Shown here: positions 8,044 through 18,188 of the stretch, in pieces | How positions within the stretch are numbered: the stretch's first letter is position 1 | Layout of the letters: every line of letters begins with the position of its first letter | IMG/VR virus record: IMGVR_UViG_3300027631_000002 | Span: 32,001 to 96,000 of that record | Direction: 5' to 3' (one strand) | Length of the DNA stretch: 64,000 nt | Source of the DNA: a virus | Translations under genes and position numbers: made by a program | Notes under the pieces: generated by a model | What the model was told of the DNA's origin: nothing | Databases searched by the model: none | The model's input: the letters and a program-made list of their open reading frames with translations, nothing else

Positions 8044-8898
8044 TTATACTACATCTTGCATTAATTCAAATGCTTCTTTTTCTATTTCTTTTTGAAGTAA
8101 CTCCATAGCTCTTGCTAATCTTGTTAAACCAATTCCTGCACCAAATCTTGGAAAGAAGTCAAATTTTAAGAAATCTTCTAATTCTTTTTCTACTCTTTCT
8201 TTTCCAAATAATTCAAATAGTTTTTCAGAATATCCACCATTTTCTATTGTATAAAACATTTTTCTCATAGAGTCAACTTCACAACTTCTTTCTGCCGCAC
8301 CTATTGTTTCTTGTCCATATAATATTACATCAACTTTGTTGAATAAATCATCTTGTTGATTTTTCATATTCCAAAATGGATTAGTTCTTAATGGAAAGTT
8401 TTGAAGAGAAACGCAATGACTTACTTCATTCCACATTTTACTTTCATGTTCATTTTCTAAAATTGATACGTCTCCATATTCTTTACAAGTTTTATTGTAA
8501 TCCATTTCAACAGGTGATCCAAATCCTAAATACTCAAGAAGTTCTTTTTCTAATAGAATTAAATCTTTATATTTACCTTTTGATTCAAACTCAAACATTG
8601 GAAAGATTAGTTCATGTCTTCCAGGAATTGGATTTTTTTCTGCTCTGTAGCTTGTAGATACACAGAAAACTCCTTCCCAAGTAGGATTTTTTAGAAGTTC
8701 ATACTCGAGCCACATTTGCCCTGTTTGTGGTAAAGGCCATATCTCACCATTGTATTCAAAGGTTGATACTGAGTGTGGGTTTTCACAAGCTGCTAAAATT
8801 GATAGTCTAGATTGTGTTGGTACTTCTACGAAGTTTTTTTCCAAAAAAAATTCTCTTAGTTTCTGAACTAGAGAATTGTACATTAAAGTGTTTGTCAT
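8044..8898 (-). CDS. class II aaRS catalytic-domain-only protein (AsnRS/AspRS-like, no anticodon OB domain)
   Basis: motif 1 LREFFLEKNFVEVPT, motif 2 SYRAE..RH..FPMFEFE, motif 3 GAGIGLTRL; 284 aa. Confidence 0.8.
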   Translation of the reverse strand: MTNTLMYNSLVQKLREFFLEKNFVEVPTQSRLSILAACENPHSVSTFEYNGEIWPLPQTGQMWLEYELLKNPTWEGVFCVSTSYRAEKNPIPGRHELIFPMFEFESKGKYKDLILLEKELLEYLGFGSPVEMDYNKTCKEYGDVSILENEHESKMWNEVSHCVSLQNFPLRTNPFWNMKNQQDDLFNKVDVILYGQETIGAAERSCEVDSMRKMFYTIENGGYSEKLFELFGKERVEKELEDFLKFDFFPRFGAGIGLTRLARAMELLQKEIEKEAFELMQDVV

Positions 8899-8960
8899 AT
8901 AAGATTTTTTTTTTAATCAAAGTATAAATACCCTGATTAAAATTTATTCTTGATATATAT

Positions 8961-8992
8961 AAAAAAAATCCACTTTTGTTTAGTGGATTTTT
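8961..8992. terminator. intrinsic terminator
   Basis: AAAAATCCACT-tttgttt-AGTGGATTTTT. Confidence 0.75.
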
Positions 8993-9001
8993 AATTTTTT
9001 T

Positions 9002-9340
9002 TTATGTCAATAGATCAATTTTTAAATCTCTTCTATTTTCTATAGTATCATATGTAGCTTTTTGTGTAAACCAATCGTGTACCACATCAATGTCTGTTTT
9101 TTGGTAGTCTAACCAACAGTTATCCTGTGTACTATACTTCATAAACTTTGTAAGTTCTTCGCTAGTATATTTTTTAAGTTTCATTTCTCTGATACGGTTA
9201 CCTTCTAATGTAATTATTATACCATTATCGGTTATATCTAAAATTCCTAACCAAAATGTTAGCATTTCTTGAAAAATCATTCCTTTTTCAAATAGTCCAT
9301 TGAAAACTATTTCATTTGTTTTATCGTTTATCTTACTCAT
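9002..9340 (-). CDS. hypothetical protein with RDxK tail
   Basis: ends RRDLKIDLLT; TATATTTG at 9357-9364. Confidence 0.72.
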   Translation of the reverse strand: MSKINDKTNEIVFNGLFEKGMIFQEMLTFWLGILDITDNGIIITLEGNRIREMKLKKYTSEELTKFMKYSTQDNCWLDYQKTDIDVVHDWFTQKATYDTIENRRDLKIDLLT

Positions 9341-9375
9341 ATCTATTTATATAAAACAAATATACAAAATAAATA

Positions 9376-9759
9376 TTAAACTCCAATAGAATTTAATTTT
9401 TCATTTCTAAAATAAGAAACAAGTTTTTCCGATAATATTTCAAATGCTTTTACTTCAAAGTCTTCAAGTCTAGAAACTTTGTATCTTAGTGAACTACCAG
9501 AATTTTTCTTTGAAAGAAGTTCTTGATAAATTTGTATCATTTCTTCTTCACTAGGTTCTAATTCCTCTTTAAAATTAGAGAAATCTAGTTGTGAAATATG
9601 TGTACTATTGTGGTATAAATCTTGTGTTAGTTCTGCGGATATTCTACCTGATAATGTAATAAATTGGTTCCTCGAATGCTCATAAAAAATTGCGGTTAAA
9701 GTGTTTTTAAGTGATTCTTGTTGATAAGTGATCTTGCAATTTATTAGTATGTTTTTCAT
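9376..9759 (-). CDS. hypothetical protein with RDxK-like tail
   Basis: ends FRNEKLNSIGV. Confidence 0.72.
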   Translation of the reverse strand: MKNILINCKITYQQESLKNTLTAIFYEHSRNQFITLSGRISAELTQDLYHNSTHISQLDFSNFKEELEPSEEEMIQIYQELLSKKNSGSSLRYKVSRLEDFEVKAFEILSEKLVSYFRNEKLNSIGV

Positions 9760-9808
9760 CGTAGGAATTTATTTTTCATTATATATTCAATAGTGAAATT
9801 CCTTTTCC

Positions 9809-10276
9809 TTAAATTTTAACAAAAATAAAGGTATAGTACTTACGTCCAATAGAATCTTGTTTTATTGCAATACCAAAGTTAGTAAAATCACCTTCTATTA
9901 TTTTTTTATGTGATGGTGAATTTATCCACGCATTTAAAACAGACTGCGGATAATTATAATTATAAGCTAGAACTTCACCTACACGTTCTGCGTGTAATGT
10001 TCTAATTAGGTTATCTGATCTTTGTTGAAAATAGTCATGTGTCATTGTATCTTGTTCAATCATATAAATATTGTGTTCTTCACTTATATAACCAATATGT
10101 TGAATCTTTTTTAAAGTATCTAGTCCTATTTGATTTCTATAAACATTAGTAACATTCATTACATCAATCTCTTGTTGACTAAAATTATAAGGGTATTGTG
10201 GATATATTTCTTGATCTTTTGATTTTGAGCAAGATATGAATAATAATGATATAAGTAGAAATATTTTTACTTTCAT
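9809..10276 (-). CDS. CAP/SCP-domain lipoprotein
   Basis: lipobox LFISC; GEVLAYN, AWINSPSHKKII, FGIA. Confidence 0.85.
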   Translation of the reverse strand: MKVKIFLLISLLFISCSKSKDQEIYPQYPYNFSQQEIDVMNVTNVYRNQIGLDTLKKIQHIGYISEEHNIYMIEQDTMTHDYFQQRSDNLIRTLHAERVGEVLAYNYNYPQSVLNAWINSPSHKKIIEGDFTNFGIAIKQDSIGRKYYTFIFVKI

Positions 10277-10297
10277 TATTTATATATTAAGAGAGTA

Positions 10298-10573
10298 TTA
10301 TTCCTCTTTCAATATATTTTCTAACTTTTCTTCTCTTTTAACCGCAAGCTCCCACACCATGTAATCTTCTTCTGACATTAGTTCAGATTCTTTAAAAAGA
10401 CGCGCATTTCTATTATACTTTGTAACAACGTCAGCGAGGCAACCACTATACTCACAATCATATTGATTTTCTGTATCTGGTTCATCTAGGTTAGCTTCTA
10501 AATAACGTTGTATAGACATTTTACCATAAGATTTATGATAAACGGGTTTATTAAGGTCAAATTTATTTCTCAT
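10298..10573 (-). CDS. hypothetical protein with RDxK-like tail
   Basis: ends KREEKLENILKEE; TAACTTTG 4 nt before ATG. Confidence 0.72.
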   Translation of the reverse strand: MRNKFDLNKPVYHKSYGKMSIQRYLEANLDEPDTENQYDCEYSGCLADVVTKYNRNARLFKESELMSEEDYMVWELAVKREEKLENILKEE

Positions 10574-10624
10574 ACTACAAAGTTACATTTAATTTTTAAT
10601 ATATACAAAAAAGTAATTTTTATA

Positions 10625-11323
10625 ATGAGATTTATTAAAGAGTTTAAAATATTTGAAGGAGTTGAAGCTATGCCAGAACTTGGTACTAAATGGATCAATG
10701 ATAAAGGTGAAAAGATATTTATATTAAAGTCAGACCAGTATAATGAATTTATTGGTTATTATAAGTTATCTGATCCAGGATCTAAAAAATATATCGAACC
10801 TAAGAAGTTTTATTCAGAGTATAAACCATTAGATAAACACATTTATAGAGATGATATTGAATTTGATTTTGATAAAGCTACTTATTTATCTGATGAAAGA
10901 GCTATAATTGGTGCCTATTTTATTACTAAACAAAATGAGAAGTCAATTGAAATCTTGAATATAAAAGAGTTTGCACCAGATACTGCAACTTTTGGTGATA
11001 ATGCAAGACCTTATTCTGTTACTTTCCACAAGGGTACTTTACCAACTTCACAAATTGAAATTTTAGGAGAAGTTCCTGAGAAAGAAGGATTTTTCTATGT
11101 TAAAGTTCCTTATTGGTTATACAAAGAAAATCCAGAGTTAAATATTAAAAGAATAGTTGGTGATTTTCATCATATGAAAAGATTAGATCTTAGAGATCAT
11201 AGTTTACGTAATAATGAATTGATGTCTAATTTCAAAAATCCTGATGTAATAAAATACTTTGCTGCTTCTGATAAAGATGATAGAACTCAACAACAAGTAA
11301 TAAATTATGGAAGACGTTCATAA
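10625..11323 (+). CDS. tagged putative virion protein
   Basis: start corrected to MRFIKEFKIFEG; TAATATATA upstream. Confidence 0.7.
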   Translation: MRFIKEFKIFEGVEAMPELGTKWINDKGEKIFILKSDQYNEFIGYYKLSDPGSKKYIEPKKFYSEYKPLDKHIYRDDIEFDFDKATYLSDERAIIGAYFITKQNEKSIEILNIKEFAPDTATFGDNARPYSVTFHKGTLPTSQIEILGEVPEKEGFFYVKVPYWLYKENPELNIKRIVGDFHHMKRLDLRDHSLRNNELMSNFKNPDVIKYFAASDKDDRTQQQVINYGRRS

Positions 11324-11796
11324 GTTAGATAACTAAAGTCATATTTGTGTCTTTCATCTACTGGATGGTATTCTTCTTTAACTAATTCCCACTCTTCCCC
11401 AATTTCTGGAAAGAAAGTATCTGCTTCAAACTCTGAATGAACTCTTGTTAGTTCAATTCTATCCGCAATTTCCATTGATTGTTTGTAGATTTCTCCGCCA
11501 CCTATTATCCAAATATTATTATCCGAATGTTCCAATACTTCATCTAATGCAGATTGAATACTATCAAATGTGAAACATTTTTCTGGTACTGAATAGTCAT
11601 TTTGTCTTGTTATAATTAGATGTGTTCTATTAGGTAAAGGTTTAGGGAATGTTTCAAACGTCTTTCTACCCATAAGTATATGATTACCTGATGTAAGTTC
11701 TTTAAATCGTTTAAAATCGTCTGGTAAGTGCCAGACTAAGTCATTGTCTTTACCTAAAGAATTGTTTTCTCCGGCTGCAGCTATAATTGTTATCAT
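11305..11796 (-). CDS. folA: dihydrofolate reductase
   Basis: IIAAAGENNSLG..LVWHLPDDFKRFK, MGRKTFE, LPNR, IIGGGEIY, DTFFP; start corrected. Confidence 0.95.
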   Translation of the reverse strand: MITIIAAAGENNSLGKDNDLVWHLPDDFKRFKELTSGNHILMGRKTFETFPKPLPNRTHLIITRQNDYSVPEKCFTFDSIQSALDEVLEHSDNNIWIIGGGEIYKQSMEIADRIELTRVHSEFEADTFFPEIGEEWELVKEEYHPVDERHKYDFSYLTYERLP

Positions 11797-11825
11797 AAAT
11801 ATTTTATGAAAAAAAATTAAAAAGT

Positions 11826-12371
11826 TTAATCTTCTGATATTGGAGAAGTGTAACAATCATTACTAAATGTAAACTTAATACATTCGGTGGTTGTAAAGAA
11901 GTCTTCTTTATGTGCTCCACCACTAGGAATTGAATGTATTGATAAAGTTACATATTTATAATCGGTTAGTCTTAGTAATTTAATTGCAGATTCAAATCCT
12001 ATGTAACGAAGATACTCTTGTTCTTTAGGAATTTCATAGTTTTTCTTTCTCCAAACATTACCATATTGAAATCCACTATAGTCTCCATTTCTTTCGATAC
12101 CGGTCGCTTGTAAAATCCATCTTCCTTTATCACTTGGTACGTTAAATCTATCAGTTCTTTCATTTTTATTAGTATCACATCTTCTAACAAATGAAAGCAT
12201 ATTCACTGGTGTGCTCGAAAATCGCACTGTACTAGTAAAGTTAAAGTGTGCAATCATTTTAGAAAGATCTCCATTAAAAGTAAAACCTTCATCCAATATT
12301 TCTAATACTGAATAAGTTACATCATCTTCTGTAAGTCTTTTAGACTCATTAAATTTCTTCAAGTATATCAT
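11826..12371 (-). CDS. tagged hypothetical protein
   Basis: MIYLKKFNES N-terminus. Confidence 0.7.
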   Translation of the reverse strand: MIYLKKFNESKRLTEDDVTYSVLEILDEGFTFNGDLSKMIAHFNFTSTVRFSSTPVNMLSFVRRCDTNKNERTDRFNVPSDKGRWILQATGIERNGDYSGFQYGNVWRKKNYEIPKEQEYLRYIGFESAIKLLRLTDYKYVTLSIHSIPSGGAHKEDFFTTTECIKFTFSNDCYTSPISED

Positions 12372-12374
12372 AAT

Positions 12375-13772
12375 TTAGTTACATTCATAACAATCAACTC
12401 TACCACTACCTCCACATTCATCACATTCTGATGTTCCATCACCATCACATCTTCCACATTCTTCTAGACCACGACCTCCACATTCTTTACATTCTACTGT
12501 ACATTCTCCGTCACATTTATCACAAGTTGATCTACCATCACCATGACAATCATCACATGATTTTTTCCCATTTCCTTCACAGTCAGTGCATTCTTCACCT
12601 TCTTCATCAGTTCCGTCTCCATCACAAGTTTCACACTCTACTTCGCCATAACCATCACAATCACGACACTCTACTTCACCATCTCCATCACATTTTGGAC
12701 AGTTCTCTGTTCCATCACCTTCACATTCAGAACATTCTTGTTCTCCTTCTCCATCACATCTGTAACATTGTCTTTCTCCTGCATCACATTCTTCACATTC
12801 AAAACTACCTCTTCCACCACAATTATCACAAGAACCATCTCCACCATCGGTACTAGTTAGTTCTGCATCGTAGTTTGAGTTATAGTTTGTACTAAGTTGT
12901 CCTTTGTCTCTTAGAAGATATTTCAGTGTATCCATATAAGGATAATCATCAAAATTTGATTGTTCTAATGTAACATAAACCCAGCTATCTTCTCTTTCAA
13001 GTTGTTCTCCATTAAACATAATAGGATCACCTGTGTGGAATGTTTGATTCATTTTATAATAGAATTCGTTTTCTTTTGCAAAGTCTATAAATAATTCAGT
13101 ATCAGAATGGTTTATAATATAAACTCGGTCCATAAATTTTCTTCCTTTATCATCTAACCAAAGAAGTGCTCTAGCTGTAATTTTATCTGGATTCTCTACA
13201 GATCTTAATATAATAAGTGATACTCTATCCGGATTATCGGAATAGATTGATAAGAATTGTTGACATTTTGGATATCTCATGCAGGAAGAACCTAGTGTTC
13301 CTAATTCTTTATCGTAATTTTCTACGTGATACCATTTTTTAATATCGTTACCATTAACTATTTCAAATCTTGTAAAAGATTCTTTCTCTATTAAGATAGT
13401 TGCTTTATATTTACTTACAAAATCTTCAAGATCTTTTGGTTTAACTTCGATGCCTGCTTTGGTTAGAATTGCTCTTACAAATCTACCAACATTCATGTCA
13501 GATTTTTTAATTGTTTTAGGATCTTCTACTTTTTTTGCTTTATCATCTGGTGTAAAGAATACTTTATCTTCTTTATCTACATCATATGAGATATAGTTAT
13601 AGTTAGTATCTACCTCTTCACCGTCTAATTTTAATAATTCAGATGCAACTGGAGATTTTATTTTTTTCAATAAGTCATAAAACTTATCATCTAGTACAAT
13701 TGTTGCTTCTAATAAAAGCATCATGTCTTTTTCTAGTAAAAATTCGTCGTATTTTGATATTTTATTATTCAT
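12375..13772 (-). CDS. paralogue A: conserved SCM/RALLW/MDRVY core plus 14 CxxC(xGxG) DnaJ-type Zn repeats
   Basis: translation; start corrected to MNNKISKYDEFLLEK. Confidence 0.8.
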   Translation of the reverse strand: MNNKISKYDEFLLEKDMMLLLEATIVLDDKFYDLLKKIKSPVASELLKLDGEEVDTNYNYISYDVDKEDKVFFTPDDKAKKVEDPKTIKKSDMNVGRFVRAILTKAGIEVKPKDLEDFVSKYKATILIEKESFTRFEIVNGNDIKKWYHVENYDKELGTLGSSCMRYPKCQQFLSIYSDNPDRVSLIILRSVENPDKITARALLWLDDKGRKFMDRVYIINHSDTELFIDFAKENEFYYKMNQTFHTGDPIMFNGEQLEREDSWVYVTLEQSNFDDYPYMDTLKYLLRDKGQLSTNYNSNYDAELTSTDGGDGSCDNCGGRGSFECEECDAGERQCYRCDGEGEQECSECEGDGTENCPKCDGDGEVECRDCDGYGEVECETCDGDGTDEEGEECTDCEGNGKKSCDDCHGDGRSTCDKCDGECTVECKECGGRGLEECGRCDGDGTSECDECGGSGRVDCYECN

Positions 13773-13830
13773 AATGTATATATTATTTTTTTTTATGTGA
13801 AAAGTCAATTATTTTTTTAATATATAGTTT

Positions 13831-15555
13831 ATGAGAGTTTTAAAGTATCTTAAATTTTTTGAAGAAGTTGAACTTAACCTAGGTGAGTTAGAAAAGAGTA
13901 GAGGTGGTGAAAAGAGGGGTAATGCTTTAATAAAGAAATTACAAGAGCCAGAAGTTAAATTAACTATAAAAGGAGAAGGTGAACGAACTATTGATCATAT
14001 AAAAGTTGATGGTGAGGATGTAGTTCCTAGTATTGCAGCAAATGCTATTAAGAAAGGAAATACTAATACTTATGATGATATTAAAGGTGCTAAGTTATTC
14101 GGTAAGCCTAGATATAAAGATGTTTTTGTTTCTGGTAAAGAAGAATTTAGACTAAATCAAATAAAGAAAACTACAGAATTTGGTGCAGTTGGTCCAGGTG
14201 TTTTAACTAGGGAATATGAAGCAATTCAATGTTTATTTATAGCATATAAGTTAAAGTATCCTGAAAAACCTATCCTTATTTCTGAAGTTTTAGATTTTTG
14301 GGAAAGTTATTGTAACAAAGATGCGGAAGCATTAAAAAGAATTCATATTTATTTAGATAGTAATGTTGTAATCACAGAAGATATGTTAGATAGTTTATCT
14401 TCTAATAGAGATTGGTTCAATACTTTTGTTAAAGTACCTGAGGAGTTATTAAAATTTAGAGGTAAGTTTTCAACGGGAAAGAGTTATTCTGTTTTTCATG
14501 AGTCTAATAATGATAAACAGTCACCTGTTCGTTTATTGATAGAAAAGTTCAATGAGTTAAAAAATAAAAAAGTGGTTGGTAAAAATAAAAATGGTTCAAA
14601 TAAGACAGCTTCTATTAATTTTTCTAAATTTTGTCCAGCAGATGTTTATATTATACAGACAGACTTTATTACAGAATTAAATAAAGCAATTGAGGATTGT
14701 AAGATTAGTATAGATTCTTTGAAACCCTTAGAGAATTTAATAAATATTATGGATGATTATTTTGATCGTAATATTTTAATACCAATATCACTTAAAAAGA
14801 TAAAATCTGGTAAGGAAACATTTCAAATAATTGTAAATAAAGAAAGAAATAAAAAACTACCTGATTTTGATATTAAATATTTTAGAATAACACAAGATCC
14901 TACTAAAGGAATTGGGTCAAAAATTTCTACCATATCTAAATGGAGTGAAGAACGTACTACAGATGGAGAAGAAAATACAATTAGAAAAAATAGAGATATT
15001 ACTATTGACTCATCAAATACTGGCAACTCTGTAAATGTTGATGGTGAGGTAATTGGTTCTTCGTCGAGACATGGAAAAATATCTTTTACTGCAATAAAAT
15101 CTATATTAGATATTTATAAAGATGATAAAAGGTTTAATTTAGATGAGATAGAGAAGCATTCTGAACTTAAAAAAAGAACTCTTATGGATTTAAGAAATTC
15201 TATTAGTATTTTATACAATGAATTACTTAGTCTAAGAGAATTTGCAAATGGTGTTGATATTATGGAAATGCCTTCTACTCAGCAAATTCCAAATATTAAA
15301 AAAGGTGAATTTACTGGTACTTCTTGGGATAAAGTTATTAAATATACTGATTTATCTAAAACTGAAGAGGAAGATGGTAATATTAAAAATAAATTAATAT
15401 CCAAATTACAATCTTTACAAATATTAGTTTCTATCGCAACGATATATAAAGTGGATCCAAATTTAGGTAATGATATTATTACCAAAATGATGAGACACGC
15501 CCTTTCTATTCAAACTTATGATTTTGAAACTCCTAGATATTTAAGAATAATTTAA
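13831..15555 (+). CDS. tagged protein with putative PD-(D/E)xK nuclease-like core
   Basis: MRVLKYLKFFEE; EAIQC, FCPADVYII, LIPISLKK. Confidence 0.55.
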   Translation: MRVLKYLKFFEEVELNLGELEKSRGGEKRGNALIKKLQEPEVKLTIKGEGERTIDHIKVDGEDVVPSIAANAIKKGNTNTYDDIKGAKLFGKPRYKDVFVSGKEEFRLNQIKKTTEFGAVGPGVLTREYEAIQCLFIAYKLKYPEKPILISEVLDFWESYCNKDAEALKRIHIYLDSNVVITEDMLDSLSSNRDWFNTFVKVPEELLKFRGKFSTGKSYSVFHESNNDKQSPVRLLIEKFNELKNKKVVGKNKNGSNKTASINFSKFCPADVYIIQTDFITELNKAIEDCKISIDSLKPLENLINIMDDYFDRNILIPISLKKIKSGKETFQIIVNKERNKKLPDFDIKYFRITQDPTKGIGSKISTISKWSEERTTDGEENTIRKNRDITIDSSNTGNSVNVDGEVIGSSSRHGKISFTAIKSILDIYKDDKRFNLDEIEKHSELKKRTLMDLRNSISILYNELLSLREFANGVDIMEMPSTQQIPNIKKGEFTGTSWDKVIKYTDLSKTEEEDGNIKNKLISKLQSLQILVSIATIYKVDPNLGNDIITKMMRHALSIQTYDFETPRYLRII

Positions 15556-15845
15556 AAATATCTTTTAATATTTCCTACTTTATCTATAAGAACATTTTTA
15601 CCATCTTTCTTACGAACTAGAATATCTGTTCCTGAAAATCTTGCTTCTAATACACCGTGTGATAAAACTCTTATCGGATTACCACCAATATCTTTAGTTT
15701 CTAATTTACCATCTATACTGGTTATTAAAAAAATATTCTGTGATTCATCATATGTACCAAAGGCAACATTTTCAGATATTTTTCTACCAAGATTCCCCAT
15801 AGTATCACATATGTATAATGATTGATTTAGTATTTTAAACATCAT
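15552..15845 (-). CDS. hypothetical beta-rich protein
   Basis: 97-aa ORF; overlaps stop of neighbour. Confidence 0.65.
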   Translation of the reverse strand: MMFKILNQSLYICDTMGNLGRKISENVAFGTYDESQNIFLITSIDGKLETKDIGGNPIRVLSHGVLEARFSGTDILVRKKDGKNVLIDKVGNIKRYF

Positions 15846-15879
15846 AACTTTTATATAATTTTATTATATATATAATAAT

Positions 15880-16026
15880 ATGGAAAAGAAAAATATATTT
15901 CTTTTATTAGATGATGAAATTGTTACACGTTACAAAGAACATCTAGATAAGGTAGGATATGATAAAAATAAGTTATTTGAAAGAATAATTATTGATTTTT
16001 TGAAGAAAAACACAATAAAGTCTTAA
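15880..16026 (+). CDS. small ribbon-helix-helix-like DNA-binding protein (not in ORF track)
   Basis: MEKKNIFLLLDDEIVTRYKEHLDKVGYDKNKLFERIIIDFLKK, 48 aa, translated by hand. Confidence 0.55.
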   Translation: MEKKNIFLLLDDEIVTRYKEHLDKVGYDKNKLFERIIIDFLKKNTIKS

Positions 16027-16077
16027 AAAGGTACTTTTAGGTAATTTTTATTTATATATAGCATAAGGAAAATAATT

Positions 16078-16287
16078 ATGAGGTACTTGAAAGAATTTAA
16101 CGAAAATAAGGATGTATTCATGGAATACCTACTTGAGTTTACTGAGAACGGTAAGCCAGAGGAGTTGTATAGTAGTAGATTAACTAAATTACTTAGATTT
16201 GTGAGAATGGAAGGCCTTAAAGATTATACTATAAAAGGAATAACTCGTTCAGCAGAACATAAGATAATTTTAAAAATAGGAAAATGA
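16078..16287 (+). CDS. tagged small protein
   Basis: MRYLKEFNEN. Confidence 0.7.
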   Translation: MRYLKEFNENKDVFMEYLLEFTENGKPEELYSSRLTKLLRFVRMEGLKDYTIKGITRSAEHKIILKIGK

Positions 16288-16288
16288 A

Positions 16289-16313
16289 GAACCCACTCGA
16301 AAGTGGGTTTTTT
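16289..16313. terminator. bidirectional terminator
   Basis: AACCCACT-cgaa-AGTGGGTT plus T tract. Confidence 0.85.
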
Positions 16314-17281
16314 TAGTTCATATACTCTGTGAAAAATTGTTCAAAGATAGCTTGCATTACTGGAACACATATTGAATTTCCAGCTAGTGCTACGTGTTGT
16401 TTAGTTGTTAAACTTGTAGTTAGTAAATTATCAATATCCTCATCTTTAACTCCCATAAAACGATAACCTTCTCTTGCAGTTAAAGTTCTAATTTTCTTAT
16501 CATCTAACATAATTTGTGGTGAACCTGATGTAGTTAAACAAGGTGAACAACCATCTATTGAGTAGATTCTTCTTGTTTGATCATATTTTATATCACTTCT
16601 TCGAGCAATCATTCTACAAACAGAGTTTAGTTTAGGCGTATTTATTTCATAAGGTGGTGTAATAAATAAACTATTATCCGCAGTTGTATCAATAAATGGT
16701 TTCATTGGAACTCTAGTTTTTTTATGATTGTGAACACTCATCATTTTATTAGAAACATCTAAAGAAGATTCTCCTAATACTGAAAACATGAAAACTCTTT
16801 CTCTATTTTGAGGACAGCCGAAGTCGGCACCATTAAGTACCATCCAAGCTGAACCATAACCTAAAGAGTTAAGTTTTTCAATGTAATCATTAAATTTTTT
16901 GATGTGATTTTTTGAAACTAAATTTTTCACATTTTCCATTAGTAGATACTTTGGTTTATTATGTTCTACGATTCTTTCTACTTCGTATAATAAACCACTT
17001 CGTGTTCCTTTTTCAATACCACGTTGTACACCAGAGATAGATATATCTTGACAGGGAAATGAGTATGTTAAAAAATCACAATGTGGGAAAGTTTTTTCAT
17101 CAACTTTAGATACATCACCTAAATTACCTTGTTCGGTAGTGTGTAGTGAGTCGTACGCTTCGTTTGCTGATTTAAGAATGTCACAATTTGCGACGTTACG
17201 GTATTTAATACCACTATACTTTAGTGCTAGTTCTTGAGTGCCATACCCTGAGAATAGGCTTATAATTTTTAATTCTTCCAT
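16313..17281 (-). CDS. dcm: DNA (cytosine-5) methyltransferase
   Basis: SLFSGYG, FPCQDIS, ENV, QNRERVF, LAGNSI motifs. Confidence 0.93.
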   Translation of the reverse strand: MEELKIISLFSGYGTQELALKYSGIKYRNVANCDILKSANEAYDSLHTTEQGNLGDVSKVDEKTFPHCDFLTYSFPCQDISISGVQRGIEKGTRSGLLYEVERIVEHNKPKYLLMENVKNLVSKNHIKKFNDYIEKLNSLGYGSAWMVLNGADFGCPQNRERVFMFSVLGESSLDVSNKMMSVHNHKKTRVPMKPFIDTTADNSLFITPPYEINTPKLNSVCRMIARRSDIKYDQTRRIYSIDGCSPCLTTSGSPQIMLDDKKIRTLTAREGYRFMGVKDEDIDNLLTTSLTTKQHVALAGNSICVPVMQAIFEQFFTEYMN

Positions 17282-17311
17282 ATTAGATTATATGTGAGAA
17301 TTAAAAAATGT

Positions 17312-17785
17312 TTAGTCTAAGTGTCTAATATCTTTATGTGAAGATTTTTCGTTACCGTTGTGAGACCACAATCTTGCAAATGGTGTAGTAAAGTAATCAT
17401 TATAACATAAAGTATCATCAATATGAAGGTCTATATTATTTTCTTTACAATATTCTGCTTTTGTTGAATCCCATAAAACATCATCGAATTTTTTCTGAAT
17501 AGTTCCATCCGGAAATTCAATCTCACCTAAGATTTCTGCGGTTTTTAATAGGTGATCATAAACTGAGAATTTATGAGTATAGTTTATACCGTGTAGTTGT
17601 TTTTCTAATTTATCTGTCCATTCCCCTCCAGTGATTACATGCACTTCACCACCATTTTTTATAACAGAGTCTGCTAAAAATACAAAGAATTCTGGAATTG
17701 CATCGATTACTCCGTGTATATCGATACCAATTTTGAATTTTGCTGTTGAACTTTCGTTCACTATACTACTAAATTTTGTTATCAT
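17312..17785 (-). CDS. HAD-superfamily phosphatase-like tagged protein
   Basis: IGIDIHGVID, HVITG, LHIDD. Confidence 0.65.
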   Translation of the reverse strand: MITKFSSIVNESSTAKFKIGIDIHGVIDAIPEFFVFLADSVIKNGGEVHVITGGEWTDKLEKQLHGINYTHKFSVYDHLLKTAEILGEIEFPDGTIQKKFDDVLWDSTKAEYCKENNIDLHIDDTLCYNDYFTTPFARLWSHNGNEKSSHKDIRHLD

Positions 17786-17795
17786 AATTTATATA

Positions 17796-18188
17796 TTAAA
17801 TTATTTCTTCAATTTTCTTATCTCTCATTTCTGCAGTAGATAAAATTTCTTTTACAAAGATATGAAAATTACTCGTAAAAGTAATCAAGTTGAATGAAAT
17901 ATTTGTACTCATTCCGGCACCACTTGATTGACTATCTAAAGTTGGATTTGTCTTTGTAATACTTCCCCAATAGTTAAATCCAAATGATGGTTCATAAATA
18001 GCACTATTACTACTTCTTTCATTCCAAAATTCTATTACAAATGTTTTGCTTTCTGTTTCGTTACTGTCATATTCATATAAAATTGTAAATTGATCATTGT
18101 CATAAAATATATTTAAAATCTTACTGTAAGCAGGTAAATGAAAGCTTGCTTGATTATAACTGGTGTGTGTTGATTGTGTTGTTATCAT
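17796..18188 (-). CDS. hypothetical protein with RDxK tail
   Basis: ends MRDKKIEEII. Confidence 0.72.
   Translation of the reverse strand: MITTQSTHTSYNQASFHLPAYSKILNIFYDNDQFTILYEYDSNETESKTFVIEFWNERSSNSAIYEPSFGFNYWGSITKTNPTLDSQSSGAGMSTNISFNLITFTSNFHIFVKEILSTAEMRDKKIEEII

Noticed and set aside
12431-12856. His-rich 141-aa ORF on + strand
   Set aside because: Antisense shadow of the Cys/Asp/Gly repeats of 12375-13772 (TGT/GAT/GGT read as CAT/CAC)
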